Below, one piece after another: positions 9,157 to 23,143 of a stretch of DNA of 29,272 nt (within the stretch, counting starts at the first letter, position 1; each line of letters opens with the position of its first letter). A program made the translations under genes and the position numbers. The notes under the pieces were generated by a model, which searched no databases, had not been told where the DNA came from, and saw only the letters and a list, made by a program, of their open reading frames with translations. The stretch is from contig CAVQRT010000036.1 in assembly GCA_963715195.1 (NCBI GenBank), positions 1-29,272 on the forward strand. Reading direction: 5' to 3'. The stretch is from Thermodesulfovibrionales bacterium. Lineage in GTDB: Bacteria; Nitrospirota; Thermodesulfovibrionia; Thermodesulfovibrionales; SM23-35.

Positions 9157-12100
9157 TTATTCAGCCATTTCCGGCTCAGGAACTTCTTCGTGAATGGCCG
9201 GGGGCTCAAACTCTCTCTTCACGAAGGTCTGCCTGTATTTCGGCATCCCGGTTCCCGCAGGGATGATACGCCCCATAATGACGTTTTCCTTCAGTCCCTT
9301 CAGTTCATCCACGGCACCGCCGATTGCAGCCTCGGTCAGGACCCTTGTGGTTTCCTGGAAAGATGCTGCGGACACAAAGCTGTCTGTGGTAAGGGACGCC
9401 TTGGTGATTCCCAGCAGGAGCGGTTTCCCCTGTGCGGGCCTCTTCCCTTCAGACTTGACCTTCATATTCTCTTCCTGGAATATCCGGCGGTCAACCTGTT
9501 CGCTGATAAGAAAATCTGTATCACCGGGGTCTTCGATCTTCACTTTTTTCATCATCTGCCTGACGATGACCTCAATATGCTTATCATTAATGGTCACACC
9601 CTGCAGCCTGTATACTTTCTGGACCTCGTCCACAAGATATCTCTGGAGCTCCTGGGGCCCGAGGATATCGAGAATGTTATGGGGGTTCACCGCACCGTCC
9701 ATAAGCGGCTCACCGGCTCTCACCCAGTCCCCTTCGTGGACGCTCACATGCTTTCCTTTTGTGATAAAGTATTCCCTGCTCTCGTCGCCTCCCTTGACCA
9801 TTACCACGCGCTGGCCCTTGTGAGGCCCCTTGAACTCAATCATTCCGTCTATTTCCGTCACGATTGCCTGTTCCTTCGGACGCCGCGCTTCAAAGAGTTC
9901 TGCAACTCTCGGGAGACCCCCGGTAATATCTTTTGTCTTTGTCGTCTCCCTCGGGATCTTTGCAAGCACATCGCCCGGGTGGACTATGTCTCCCTTGTCG
10001 ACAAGGAAATGTGCTCCTGAAGGCAGCAGGTACCTTGCCGGGGCATTTGTCCCGGGAATTTTCTGCGTTGCTTTCCCGTGCATATCTTTTATTGAGATTC
10101 TCGGCCGCACATTCGCCGGATAATCGATAATAAGCTTATGGGAAAGACCGGTTACCTCGTCAACTTCTTCCTTCACCGTAACACCTTCGATGATATCGCC
10201 TATCGCAATTTTACCGCCTATCTCTGTAAGAATCGGGGTCGAATAGGGATCCCATTCCACCAGTTTCTGTCCTATTTCAACCTTCTGCCCGTTCTTCACC
10301 ATGAGCTTGGCACCATAGACAACAGAATATTTTTCCTTTTCCCTGCCTTTTGCATCAACAATGGCAATGCTGCCGTTTCTGTTCATGACAATCAGCAGGC
10401 CTTCTCTGTTCTTGACCGTATTAATGTTGATAAATTTTATCGCGCCCGAGTTCTTTGCTTCGAGAATCGTCTGCTCGACCACTTTCGACGCAGCTCCGCC
10501 GATATGGAACGTCCTCATGGTAAGCTGGGTACCGGGTTCCCCGATCGACTGAGCCGCAATGATCCCGACAGATTCCCCGATGCCGACCACATCTCCACAG
10601 GTAAGATCCCTGCCGTAACACTGCGTGCATACCCCGAATTTTGACTGGCAGGTAAGGACCGACCGTATCTTGACCCTGTCGATACCCGCATCAATGATCT
10701 TCCGGGTATATTCCTCATCTATCTCATTATTTTTCTTGATAATCATTTCCTTGGTGATAGGATCCTTGATGTCCTCAACGGTAATCCTGCCGAGGATTCT
10801 CTCTTCGAGGGGCTGAATAATTTCACCGCCTTCCACGAGCGAGGTGACAGTAATACCGTCTGTCGTTCCGCAGTCCACCAGAGAAATAATCATATCCTGT
10901 GCCACGTCAACAAGCCTTCTTGTAAGATACCCCGAGTTCGCTGTCTTCAGCGCGGTATCGGCAAGTCCTTTCCTCGCTCCGTGTGTAGAAATAAAATATT
11001 GTAACGGGGTGAGCCCTTCACGGAAGTTTGCAGTGATCGGAGTTTCGATAATCTCGCCGGAGGGCTTTGCCATGAGTCCCCTCATTCCTGCAAGCTGACG
11101 TATCTGGGCGGTGCTGCCTCTCGCACCGGAGTCCGCCATCATAAAAATGCTGTTGAACGACCTTCTTTCCTGGAGCTCTTCTTCGGAAAGGGGCTGCCCC
11201 TCTTCAGCGCCGAGTTCCTTCATCATCTCGTCAGCGACCTTTTCGGTCACATTTGCCCATATGTCTATCACTTTGTTGTATCGTTCGCCATGGGTGATGA
11301 GACCGTCGGCATACTGATTCTGCACCTCGATGACCTGCTGCTCAGCATTGCGTATAAGCTCGGCTTTCTTTGAAGGTATATGCATATCGGCCATCGAGAT
11401 CGAAACGCCCGACTTTGTGGCATACCTAAAGCCAAGAGATTCCATGTTGTCGAGGAAGACCACGGTATCCCGTTTGCCGGATTTCTTGTATATATGCTCG
11501 ATCAGCCTTCCAAGTTCCTTCTTGTTCATTTCCTTATTGACCATCGAAAACGGGATGCCGTCAGGGAGAATCTCCTTGAAGAGCATTCTTCCCGTGGTCG
11601 TCTCAACCATTTCACCGTCAAGCCTCACGGTTATCCTTGCATGCTCGTCTATCACTCTCGCATCATACGCAATCCTTACATCTTCAGGGTCAGCAAACAC
11701 CTTCCCTTCTCCGGGAGCCCCTTTCCTCTCCTTCATGAGGTAATAGATACCGAGTACCATGTCCTGGGTGGGAACCACAATCGGCTTCCCGTTGGCCGGG
11801 GACAGAATATTATTGACAGACATCATCAGTACCCTGGCCTCAATTTGTGCCTCAATCGAGAGGGGAACATGCACAGCCATCTGGTCACCGTCAAAGTCAG
11901 CGTTGAACGCCGTGCACACGAGCGGGTGCAGTTTTATGGCCTTTCCCTCAACAAGGATCGGATCGAATGCCTGAATGCCAAGCCTGTGGAGGGTGGGAGC
12001 CCTGTTCAGGAGCACCGGATGCTCACTGATCACCTGCTCAAGTGCATCCCACACTTCAGGACTTTCTTTCTCGACAAGCTTTTTCGCTGCCTTGATCGTG

Positions 12101-13278
12101 GTCGCATATCCCTGTTCTTCAAGCTTGTTAAAAATGAAAGGCTTGAACAGCTCGAGCGCCATCCTCTTGGGAAGCCCGCACTGATGCAGTTTAAGGTCGG
12201 GACCCACAACAATAACAGACCTTCCTGAATAATCGACTCTTTTCCCGAGAAGGTTCTGCCTGAACCTGCCCTGTTTCCCCTTGATCATGTCACTCAGGGA
12301 CTTCAGGGGTCTCTTTGTGGTCGTCTTTAAGACCCTGCTCCGCCTCCCGTTGTCAAAGAGCGCGTCAACCGCTTCCTGCAGCATTCTTTTTTCATTTTTT
12401 ATGATGACGCTCGGGGCCTTCAGCTCCATGAGTCTCTTGAGTCTGTTGTTCCTGTTGATCACTCTCCTGTAAAGATCGTTCAGGTCGGAGGTTGCAAAGC
12501 GGCCTCCCTCAAGGGGAACAAGAGGCCTGAGATCAGGGGGGAGAACCGGGATGACATCCATGATCATCCAGTCCGGCTGGTTGCCGGATTTTCTGAAGGA
12601 ATCGACCACCTTGAGTCTCTTGGTTAGTTTTTTCTTGACCCCGATCGAGACCGCCTCGCTGATTCTCGTTTTCAGCTCAACATAGAGGGTTTCAAGCTCA
12701 ACTCTCCTCAAAATTTCCCGTATGGCCTCAGCCCCCATCCCGGCCTTGAAGCGCGAACCGAATTCGGCTGTCTTTTTCTTGTACTCGTCTTCTGAGAGGA
12801 GTTCCTTTTCTTTCAGTGGCGTATCGCCTGAATCAATCACCACATAATTTTCAAAATAAAGGACCCTTTCAAGCTGCCGCATCGTCATGTCAAGGAGCGT
12901 ACCGATCCTGCTCGGCAACCCCTTCAGAAACCAGATATGCGCAACCGGGCTTGCCAGTTCAATATGTCCCAGCCGTTCACGTCTGACCTTCGACTGTATT
13001 ACTTCAACCCCGCATTTGTCGCAGACGACCCCGCGGTGCTTCATTCTTTTATATTTACCGCAAATGCATTCCCAGTCTTTTATCGGACCGAAAATCTTTG
13101 CACAGAAAAGGCCGTCTCTCTCTGGCTTGAAGGTACGGTAGTTTATTGTCTCAGGCTTTTTTACCTCTCCATAGGACCATTCCCTGATCTTTTCCGGTGA
13201 GGCAACTCTTATGCGAACGGCTTCAAAGTCTGTTGGATCTTTCGGCCTCTGAAAAATAGAATAAATGTCTTCTGTCAA
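9157..13278 (-). CDS. rpoC: DNA-directed RNA polymerase subunit beta'
   Basis: Intact ORF with Zn finger CICGK...CDKC, catalytic NADFDGD and [13 protein letters not shown]. Probable TTG start at 13278 (MTEDIYSIF) after an AGGGGG RBS. Confidence 0.99.
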   Translation of the reverse strand: MTEDIYSIFQRPKDPTDFEAVRIRVASPEKIREWSYGEVKKPETINYRTFKPERDGLFCAKIFGPIKDWECICGKYKRMKHRGVVCDKCGVEVIQSKVRRERLGHIELASPVAHIWFLKGLPSRIGTLLDMTMRQLERVLYFENYVVIDSGDTPLKEKELLSEDEYKKKTAEFGSRFKAGMGAEAIREILRRVELETLYVELKTRISEAVSIGVKKKLTKRLKVVDSFRKSGNQPDWMIMDVIPVLPPDLRPLVPLEGGRFATSDLNDLYRRVINRNNRLKRLMELKAPSVIIKNEKRMLQEAVDALFDNGRRSRVLKTTTKRPLKSLSDMIKGKQGRFRQNLLGKRVDYSGRSVIVVGPDLKLHQCGLPKRMALELFKPFIFNKLEEQGYATTIKAAKKLVEKESPEVWDALEQVISEHPVLLNRAPTLHRLGIQAFDPILVEGKAIKLHPLVCTAFNADFDGDQMAVHVPLSIEAQIEARVLMMSVNNILSPANGKPIVVPTQDMVLGIYYLMKERKGAPGEGKVFADPEDVRIAYDARVIDEHARITVRLDGEMVETTTGRMLFKEILPDGIPFSMVNKEMNKKELGRLIEHIYKKSGKRDTVVFLDNMESLGFRYATKSGVSISMADMHIPSKKAELIRNAEQQVIEVQNQYADGLITHGERYNKVIDIWANVTEKVADEMMKELGAEEGQPLSEEELQERRSFNSIFMMADSGARGSTAQIRQLAGMRGLMAKPSGEIIETPITANFREGLTPLQYFISTHGARKGLADTALKTANSGYLTRRLVDVAQDMIISLVDCGTTDGITVTSLVEGGEIIQPLEERILGRITVEDIKDPITKEMIIKKNNEIDEEYTRKIIDAGIDRVKIRSVLTCQSKFGVCTQCYGRDLTCGDVVGIGESVGIIAAQSIGEPGTQLTMRTFHIGGAASKVVEQTILEAKNSGAIKFININTVKNREGLLIVMNRNGSIAIVDAKGREKEKYSVVYGAKLMVKNGQKVEIGQKLVEWDPYSTPILTEIGGKIAIGDIIEGVTVKEEVDEVTGLSHKLIIDYPANVRPRISIKDMHGKATQKIPGTNAPARYLLPSGAHFLVDKGDIVHPGDVLAKIPRETTKTKDITGGLPRVAELFEARRPKEQAIVTEIDGMIEFKGPHKGQRVVMVKGGDESREYFITKGKHVSVHEGDWVRAGEPLMDGAVNPHNILDILGPQELQRYLVDEVQKVYRLQGVTINDKHIEVIVRQMMKKVKIEDPGDTDFLISEQVDRRIFQEENMKVKSEGKRPAQGKPLLLGITKASLTTDSFVSAASFQETTRVLTEAAIGGAVDELKGLKENVIMGRIIPAGTGMPKYRQTFVKREFEPPAIHEEVPEPEMAE

Positions 13279-13279
13279 G

Positions 13280-17222
<3,943 letters not shown>

Positions 17223-17264
17223 ATGTCTCCTTTTCCCTCGCAAGGAAACGATTTCTCACGGGGA

Positions 17265-17651
17265 CTACTTTATTTCTACTGCCGCTCCCTGCTCTTCAAG
17301 TTTCGCCTTGATTGAGTCGGCTTCTTCTTTTGACACGCCTGTCTTCACAGGCTTCGGAGCTCCATCGACAAGGTCTTTTGCTTCCTTCAGTCCAAGGGCA
17401 GTAAGTTCTCTTACCACCTTGATCACCTGAATCTTCTTTTCACCTGCCCCGGTGAGAATCACGTCAAAGCTTGTCTTCTCTTCTGCTTCAGGTGCGGCTG
17501 CACCTGCCCCTGCTCCGGGGGCTGCCGCGACGGCAACCGGAGCTGCAGCAGTGACTCCGTACCTATCCTCGAAATCCTTTATGAATTTTGACATCTCGAT
17601 AATCGTCATGTTGTCAATAAATTCAAATACCTCTTCTTTTGTCACAGCCAT
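17265..17651 (-). CDS. rplL: 50S ribosomal protein L7/L12
   Basis: [10 protein letters not shown]...[27 protein letters not shown]; Ala-rich hinge. Confidence 0.98.
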   Translation of the reverse strand: MAVTKEEVFEFIDNMTIIEMSKFIKDFEDRYGVTAAAPVAVAAAPGAGAGAAAPEAEEKTSFDVILTGAGEKKIQVIKVVRELTALGLKEAKDLVDGAPKPVKTGVSKEEADSIKAKLEEQGAAVEIK

Positions 17652-17710
17652 CTCTTTAAATCCTCCTTTGCAAAATTAAGTTAAAAACAGAAAGGCTAAA
17701 TGGCATAGAG

Positions 17711-18247
17711 TTAGTTGTTTTCTCCTTCAGCCTTGGTTTTTTGCTGTTTCAATGCTTCCACCACATACGCAAATTTAATTAATGTCGCATGCAATGCATT
17801 GCCCAGCTTGTTGAGGGGCGACTGCATGCCGCCTGCCAGCATCGAGAGCAGGACATTCCGTGGTGGTGTTTCCGCAACTGACTTCAGTTCATCCGCCGTG
17901 CAGACTGATCCTTCAATAACACCGATACCTACCTTGAGTTTTGCATTCTTTTTTGAGTATTCCAGGATTTTCTTGACAGGCGTGACGGGATCGTCATAGC
18001 TGATCGCAATCCCCACCGGCCCCTTGAAAGAATCTTTTGCAGAAGAGACAGACGTACCTTCACTGGCAATCCTGGCGAGGGTGTTTTTCACTACCCTGTA
18101 CTCAAAACTGCCTTCTCTCAGGAGGCTCCTCAATTCGGAAATTTCAGCAACAGTCAAGCCCCTGTAATCGGTGAACACTACAGCCTTCGCTCTATCAAAG
18201 CCGTCTTTGAGGTCCTTGACAAGCTGTTCTTTTTCTACCCTTTTCAG
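17711..18247 (-). CDS. rplJ: 50S ribosomal protein L10 (apparent CTG start)
   Basis: In-frame extension upstream of the ORF-track start gives (M)KRVEKEQLVKDLKDGFDRAKAVVFTDYRGLTV...VVKNTL. CTG at 18247 follows an AAGGGGG RBS. Confidence 0.95.
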   Translation of the reverse strand: MKRVEKEQLVKDLKDGFDRAKAVVFTDYRGLTVAEISELRSLLREGSFEYRVVKNTLARIASEGTSVSSAKDSFKGPVGIAISYDDPVTPVKKILEYSKKNAKLKVGIGVIEGSVCTADELKSVAETPPRNVLLSMLAGGMQSPLNKLGNALHATLIKFAYVVEALKQQKTKAEGENN

Positions 18248-18248
18248 T

Positions 18249-18941
18249 TTATACCCCCTTTCCCAGTGAAGCCAGATCTACTATGATCCCGGGCCCCATA
18301 GTCGAGGAGACCGATAACCGCTTCAGGTATCTCCCCTTGCTTGTGGCAGGCTTTGCCTTCACTATGGACCCAATAACTGTCTTTGCATTATCAATAAGTT
18401 TCTGGGCCTCGAACGATACCCGTCCGACTGGGATATGCACAATCCCGGCCTTTTCTGTTTTGTATTCGACCTTTCCCGCCTTTATTTCCTTCACTGCACG
18501 GTCCACATCAAAGGTCACGGTACCGAGCTTGGGATTCGGCATCAGTCCCCGGGGGCCCAGTATCTTTCCGAGTTTTCCGACCGTACCCATGACGTCAGGG
18601 GTCGCGACGGCCTTGTCGAAGTCAAGCCAGCCTTTGGTGATCTTTTCAACAAGATCATCCAACCCGACAAAGTCAGCGCCGGCATCCGACGCCTCTTTTT
18701 CCTTTTCTCCCTTTGCAAATACCAGGACGGTCACCTGCTTTCCCATGCCGTGCGGGAGCACAACGGTTCCCCTTACCATTTGATCGGATTTTCTGGGGTC
18801 AACGCCAAGATTTACAGCCAGATCAACCGTCTCGTCAAACTTTGCATAGGCTGCCTCTTTGACCAGTTTTACTGCATCCTCAAGCGAGTATGTTTTGTCC
18901 TGCTCAACTTTTTCCTGTGCTGCGTGTAACTTCTTGCCCAT
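18249..18941 (-). CDS. rplA: 50S ribosomal protein L1
   Basis: [48 protein letters not shown]. Confidence 0.99.
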   Translation of the reverse strand: MGKKLHAAQEKVEQDKTYSLEDAVKLVKEAAYAKFDETVDLAVNLGVDPRKSDQMVRGTVVLPHGMGKQVTVLVFAKGEKEKEASDAGADFVGLDDLVEKITKGWLDFDKAVATPDVMGTVGKLGKILGPRGLMPNPKLGTVTFDVDRAVKEIKAGKVEYKTEKAGIVHIPVGRVSFEAQKLIDNAKTVIGSIVKAKPATSKGRYLKRLSVSSTMGPGIIVDLASLGKGV

Positions 18942-18952
18942 GTTAAACCTCT

Positions 18953-19381
18953 TTAATCTGTTATTTCGATACCCATGCTTCTCGCGGTGCCCTTGATGAT
19001 ATCCGCCGCCTTATCAATGGAAAACGCATTCAGGTCCGGGAGCTTTTTCTCCGCAATCTCCCTGATCTGGGCTGATGTCACCTTCCCGACCTTGTCCTTG
19101 TTCGGTGCACTTGAACCCTTGATAATTCCTGCCGCCTTCTTCAGGAGGTCAGACGCCGGAGGTGTTTTTGTAATGAACGAAAATGAACGGTCTGCATACA
19201 CGGTCAGCACTACCGGGATAATGGTATCCCCGAGTGCCTGGGTCTGCGAATTGAACGCTTTACAGAACTCCATAATATTTATGCCGTGCGGACCGAGCGC
19301 AGGACCGACCGGGGGTGCGGGATTCGCTTTCCCGGCTGAAATCTGGAGTTTCACCTGGGCGATTACTTCCTTTTTTGCCAT
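18953..19381 (-). CDS. rplK: 50S ribosomal protein L11
   Basis: [28 protein letters not shown]. Confidence 0.99.
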   Translation of the reverse strand: MAKKEVIAQVKLQISAGKANPAPPVGPALGPHGINIMEFCKAFNSQTQALGDTIIPVVLTVYADRSFSFITKTPPASDLLKKAAGIIKGSSAPNKDKVGKVTSAQIREIAEKKLPDLNAFSIDKAADIIKGTARSMGIEITD

Positions 19382-19395
19382 ATATCCTCCCTTCT

Positions 19396-19471
19396 TAAAC
19401 TCTGAATACTGCTTTCCGAATCCTCAGGGTCTCACCCTACATAAGATTTGGAATTCAGCATTCAGAGTTTA
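19396..19471 (-). promoter_or_regulatory. Long hairpin in the nusG-rplK intergenic region
   Basis: 16-nt arms TAAACTCTGAATGCTG / CAGTATTCAGAGTTTA enclosing further nested pairing; ends just before the rplK SD. Confidence 0.6.
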
Positions 19472-19479
19472 TCTTTCCG

Positions 19480-20003
19480 TCATGCTTTTTCGACCTGGAA
19501 AAAATTCAATTCTACGGGGGTCTGCCTGCCAAAAATGCTCACCATCACGCAGAGCCTCCCGTGGTCTATATCGACTTCCTCGACTCCTCCGATAAAATTG
19601 GTGAAAGGTCCGTCGATAATTCTGACGCTTTCCCCTTTCTGGAACTGCGTCTTCACCTGGGGGACAGGGCCTTTCTCTACCTGCTGAAGTACTACTGCAA
19701 CCTCTTCCTCGGAAAGGGGAACAGGCTGTGCCCCACCGACAAATCCTGTCACCCGGGGGGTGTTCCTGATAAGATGCCATGTCTCATCGTCGAGTTCCAT
19801 TTCTATAAGGATATAGCCGGGATAAAATTTCTTGTCGCTCTCCCTTTTTTTCCCCCCTTCAGCTCAATGACACGCTCTGTCGGGATAAGGATGCGCGAAA
19901 CTTTTTCGGTCATGTTCAGCTTCTCTGTCTTTTCCTCGATACTGAGTTTGACTTTTTCCTCAAACCCTGAATACGTATGCACTACATACCAGTTCTTTTC
20001 CAT
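19480..20003 (-). CDS. nusG: Transcription termination/antitermination factor NusG (frameshifted near 19850)
   Basis: MEKNWYVVHTYSGFEEKVK in one frame; TPRVTGFVG, VRIIDGPFTNFIG and VSIFGRQTPVEL (KOW) in another. Confidence 0.96.
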
Positions 20004-20005
20004 AA

Positions 20006-20191
20006 TTATCTCAGTGCAATCCCCACTAGTTTTGAAAGGCCCAGATCAACGATCCCGAGAAATAACGAGATCACAATGACCGTAATGATGACAACCCACG
20101 TAGATCCAACAAGCTCAACCTTTGAAGGAAACACGACCTTTTTTACTTCAAGCTTGACTTCTCTGAGAAATTCCTTAATTTTCTGTATCAT
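20006..20191 (-). CDS. secE: Preprotein translocase subunit SecE
   Basis: FLREVKLEVKKVVFPSK, single TM helix, D-LG motif; position between tRNA-Trp and nusG. Confidence 0.95.
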   Translation of the reverse strand: MIQKIKEFLREVKLEVKKVVFPSKVELVGSTWVVIITVIVISLFLGIVDLGLSKLVGIALR

Positions 20192-20239
20192 AGCTTTGTC
20201 CGATCAACCTTTTGTTGCGCGTGCCAGCATTCATCTCAG

Positions 20240-20315
20240 TGGCAGGCCAGGAGGGATTTGAACCCCCAACCCTCGGATTTGGAGTCCGATGCTCTGCCGT
20301 TAGAGCTACTGGCCT
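20240..20315 (-). tRNA. trpT: tRNA-Trp (CCA)
   Basis: AGGCCAG...GACTCCAAATC...GGTTCAAATCC-CTCCTGGCCTGCCA cloverleaf, 76 nt, CCA encoded. Confidence 0.97.
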
Positions 20316-20466
20316 ATGCCTTTGTCTCTTTATGCGCCGTATGCCTCCTACAGTGCCTGCAATATTTCTTAAGCTGGAGCTTGTCAGGAGTATTCTTTTT
20401 GTTCTTTATGCTTGAATAATTCCTATTCTTGCATTCTGTACACTGAAACAGGATAATCGTTCTCAT
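20314..20466 (-). CDS. rpmG: 50S ribosomal protein L33 (zinc-binding C+ type); absent from the ORF track
   Basis: Manual translation: [50 protein letters not shown] (50 aa). Confidence 0.96.
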   Translation of the reverse strand: MRTIILFQCTECKNRNYSSIKNKKNTPDKLQLKKYCRHCRRHTAHKETKA

Positions 20467-20472
20467 ATCGTT

Positions 20473-21674
20473 TTACTCCAGGACCTCGGTCACGACACCT
20501 GCACCCACAGTCCTGCCGCCTTCCCTGATCGCAAACCGCAGCTCCTTTTCCATCGCGATCGGCGCGATCAGCTCCCCAGTGAGATCTCACATTGTCCCCG
20601 GGCATCACCATCTCCACCCCCTCGGGAAGCTGTGCCACTCCCGTCACGTCCGTCGTCCTGAAATAAAACTGCGGCCGGTACCCCTTGAAAAACGGCGTGT
20701 GCCGCCCGCCCTCTTCTTTCGTCAGTACATATACCTCTGCCTTGAACTTCGTGTGCGGCGTGATGCTCCCCGGCTTCGCCAGGACCTGCCCACGCTCCAC
20801 CTCGTCCTTCCCTACTCCCCTCAACAACACCCCTACGTTATCCCCGGCTCGACCCTCGTCCAGCAGCTTCCGGAACATCTCTACCCCCGTCGCCACCGTC
20901 TTGCGCGTCTCCCCAAGGCCTACAATCTCTACCTCTTCCCCAACCTTGACAATCCCTCTTTCTACTCTCCCCGTTACCACCGTCCCACGGCCCGATATCG
21001 AAAATACATCCTCTATCGGCATCAAGAAACGGCTTGTCGATCGGTCGGTCAGGTGTCGGCACGTAGCTGTCTATCGCCGCCATCAACTCATGCACACACT
21101 TGTACTCCTCCGCCTCAGAGTCCGTGCTCTGGCTCTCCATCGCCTTCAGCGCACTCCCCCGTATCACCGGAATCTTGTCCCCGGGAAACTGGTATTTCGT
21201 CAACAGCTCCCGTACCTCAAGCTCCACCAGGTCCAGCAGCTCAGGGTCATCCACCATGTCTACCTTATTCATAAACACCACGATGTACGGCACCCCTACC
21301 TGCCTCGCCAGCAGTATGTGCTCCCTCGTCTGCGGCATCGGTCCGTCGGCCGCTGATACCACCAGCACCGCCCCGTCCATCTGTGCCGCTCCCGTTATCA
21401 TATTCTTTATGTAATCCGCATGCCCGGGACAGTCTACATGCGCATAATGCCGGTTGTCCGTCTCATATTCAACATGCGCCGTCGCGATCGTGATTCCCCT
21501 CGCCTTTTCCTCAGGCGCGTTGTCTATGCTGTCAAATGAACGGAAATCCGCCCCCCCCTTCATCGCCAGTACCTTCGTCACCGCCGATGTCAAGGTCGTC
21601 TTCCCATGGTCGACATGCCCGATCGTCCCTATGTTTGCATGAGGCTTTGATCTCTCAAATTTAGCCTTTGCCAT
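20473..21674 (-). CDS. tuf: Elongation factor Tu (frameshifts near 21027 and ~20580)
   Basis: [25 protein letters not shown]; then [36 protein letters not shown]-terminal [10 protein letters not shown] ends at 20473. Confidence 0.98.
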
Positions 21675-21766
21675 TTCTCCTCCTCACTTTCAGTTGTCTG
21701 TTAATATTTCCGTGTATATGTTTCATTAATAAAAAATACGGGTCAGCTCTCGCTTCTGTGAAACAG

Positions 21767-21839
21767 AGCCCATGACCGGGATTGAACCGGTGACCTCATC
21801 CTTACCAAGGATGTGCTCTACCGACTGAGCTACATGGGC
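21767..21839 (-). tRNA. thrT: tRNA-Thr (GGT); CCA not encoded
   Basis: GCCCATG...CCTTGGTAAGG...GGTTCAATCC-CGGTCATGGGCT cloverleaf, followed by CTG rather than CCA. Confidence 0.96.
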
Positions 21840-21919
21840 ACACGATTCAGCAGGCAGCATGCACCAGAGACTCTTGATATTGCGTCCTGTCTGCGTATCG
21901 CCTGCTCCTTCACTATCGA

Positions 21920-21994
21920 TGGAGCGGGAGACGGGATTCGAACCCGCGACCCTCAGCTTGGAAGGCTGACGCTCTACCACTGAGCTACTCCCGC
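21920..21994 (-). tRNA. glyT: tRNA-Gly (TCC)
   Basis: GCGGGAG...GCCTTCCAAGC...GGTTCGAATCC-CGTCTCCCGCTCCA. Confidence 0.97.
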
Positions 21995-22058
21995 ACCGCA
22001 AAAAATATTGAAAGACTGTACGTCTCGTTCCATCAAAGCCTTCATCGGCGAACTCTTC

Positions 22059-22143
<85 letters not shown>

Positions 22144-22144
22144 C

Positions 22145-22220
22145 TGGAGCCACCGAAGGGAATCGAACCCCCGACCCGCTGATTACAAATCAGCTGCTCT
22201 GCCTGCTGAGCTACGGTGGC
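22145..22220 (-). tRNA. thrU: tRNA-Thr (TGT)
   Basis: GCCACCG...GATTTGTAATC...GGTTCGATTCC-CTTCGGTGGCTCCA; 76 nt. Confidence 0.96.
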
Positions 22221-22285
22221 TTCTCCTGTCCACGCATTGCATGAGACAGAAAAAGGCAACACTAATCCCTTTTTTCTGAAATATA

Positions 22286-22316
22286 AATTTAACAATTTTC
22301 AATAGATAGACGTCAA
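22286..22316 (-). promoter_or_regulatory. Candidate sigma70 promoter of the tRNA-tuf operon
   Basis: Minus strand TTGACG ... TGtTAAATT (extended -10-like; spacing slightly long) in an AT-rich intergenic region. Confidence 0.45.
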
Positions 22317-22366
22317 TTGCAGAAAACGAGAAATAATATATGTTTTGTTTGATATTCTCATTATTA

Positions 22367-23143
22367 TTAGCTTTTTTGCGATCTTTGGCGCAATATCTCA
22401 AAAGCAAAGATTCCTGTGGCCACTGACACATTCAGCGAGTGAATCGCGCCCTGCATGGGGATCTTTACACGCAGGTCGCATAAGCCTGCTACCGTCCTCC
22501 GCACCCCTTTCCCTTCAGACCCCATGACCATGGCAAGAGGGACAGCAAGGTCTGTCTCCCACACATTGCGTTCAGCGTCTTCGTCTGCCCCGAGGATGAA
22601 GATGCCTGCCTCTTTCATTTCCCTTAATGCATGTTTGATGTTCGGGACCATGCATACGGGGACATACTCAACCGCCCCTGCCGACGCTTTCGATACATCC
22701 GCCTCAAGTGTGACGGAACGACGGGACTGGATCACGATGCCGTGTACACCGGCAGCATCCGCAACCCTCAGAATTGCGCCAAAATTTCTCGGGTCTTCTA
22801 TACAGTCGAGGACAAGGAAAAAAGGGTTCTCCTGCTTCTGCACGGGGATATTGAGCAACTCCTGAATCGGGGTGTAGCCCTTTGGAGCGACTTCTGCCGC
22901 AACCCCCTGGTGACCCTTCATAAAATGGAGATTAAAAAAATCCCTCCCAGCGATGTGAAAAGGGATGCCCCGGGCCTCTGCCTCTTTTTTCATTTCCCGG
23001 AGGACCCGGTGACGTAACTCTGACACGAACACGGCCTTGATCTGTCTGTTCCCTCTGAATGCCTCCCGCACAGGGTTTAAGCCATAAATCCACCGGCTAT
23101 CCGGCCTTGATCTTCCAGTCCGTTCTGTCTTTCTTGTCTTCAA
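22367..23143 (-). CDS. rlmB: 23S rRNA (guanosine-2251-2'-O)-methyltransferase RlmB (SpoU/TrmH family)
   Basis: IYGLNPVRE, HQGVAA, LDCIEDPRNFGAILR, SAGA, MGSEGKG, SLNVSVA. Probable TTG start at 23143 with AAGGGG RBS inside cysS. Confidence 0.93.
   Translation of the reverse strand: MKTRKTERTGRSRPDSRWIYGLNPVREAFRGNRQIKAVFVSELRHRVLREMKKEAEARGIPFHIAGRDFFNLHFMKGHQGVAAEVAPKGYTPIQELLNIPVQKQENPFFLVLDCIEDPRNFGAILRVADAAGVHGIVIQSRRSVTLEADVSKASAGAVEYVPVCMVPNIKHALREMKEAGIFILGADEDAERNVWETDLAVPLAMVMGSEGKGVRRTVAGLCDLRVKIPMQGAIHSLNVSVATGIFAFEILRQRSQKS

Noticed and set aside
9094..12228. Long plus-strand ORFs (308 aa, 282 aa and others) opposite rpoC
   Set aside because: Antisense shadows of a conserved gene, with no recognisable motifs.
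17229..17262. Attenuator between rplL and rpoB
   Set aside because: Only a weak 7-bp stem (TTTCCTT-gcg-AGGGAAA) with no U-tract in a 42-nt gap; not enough support.
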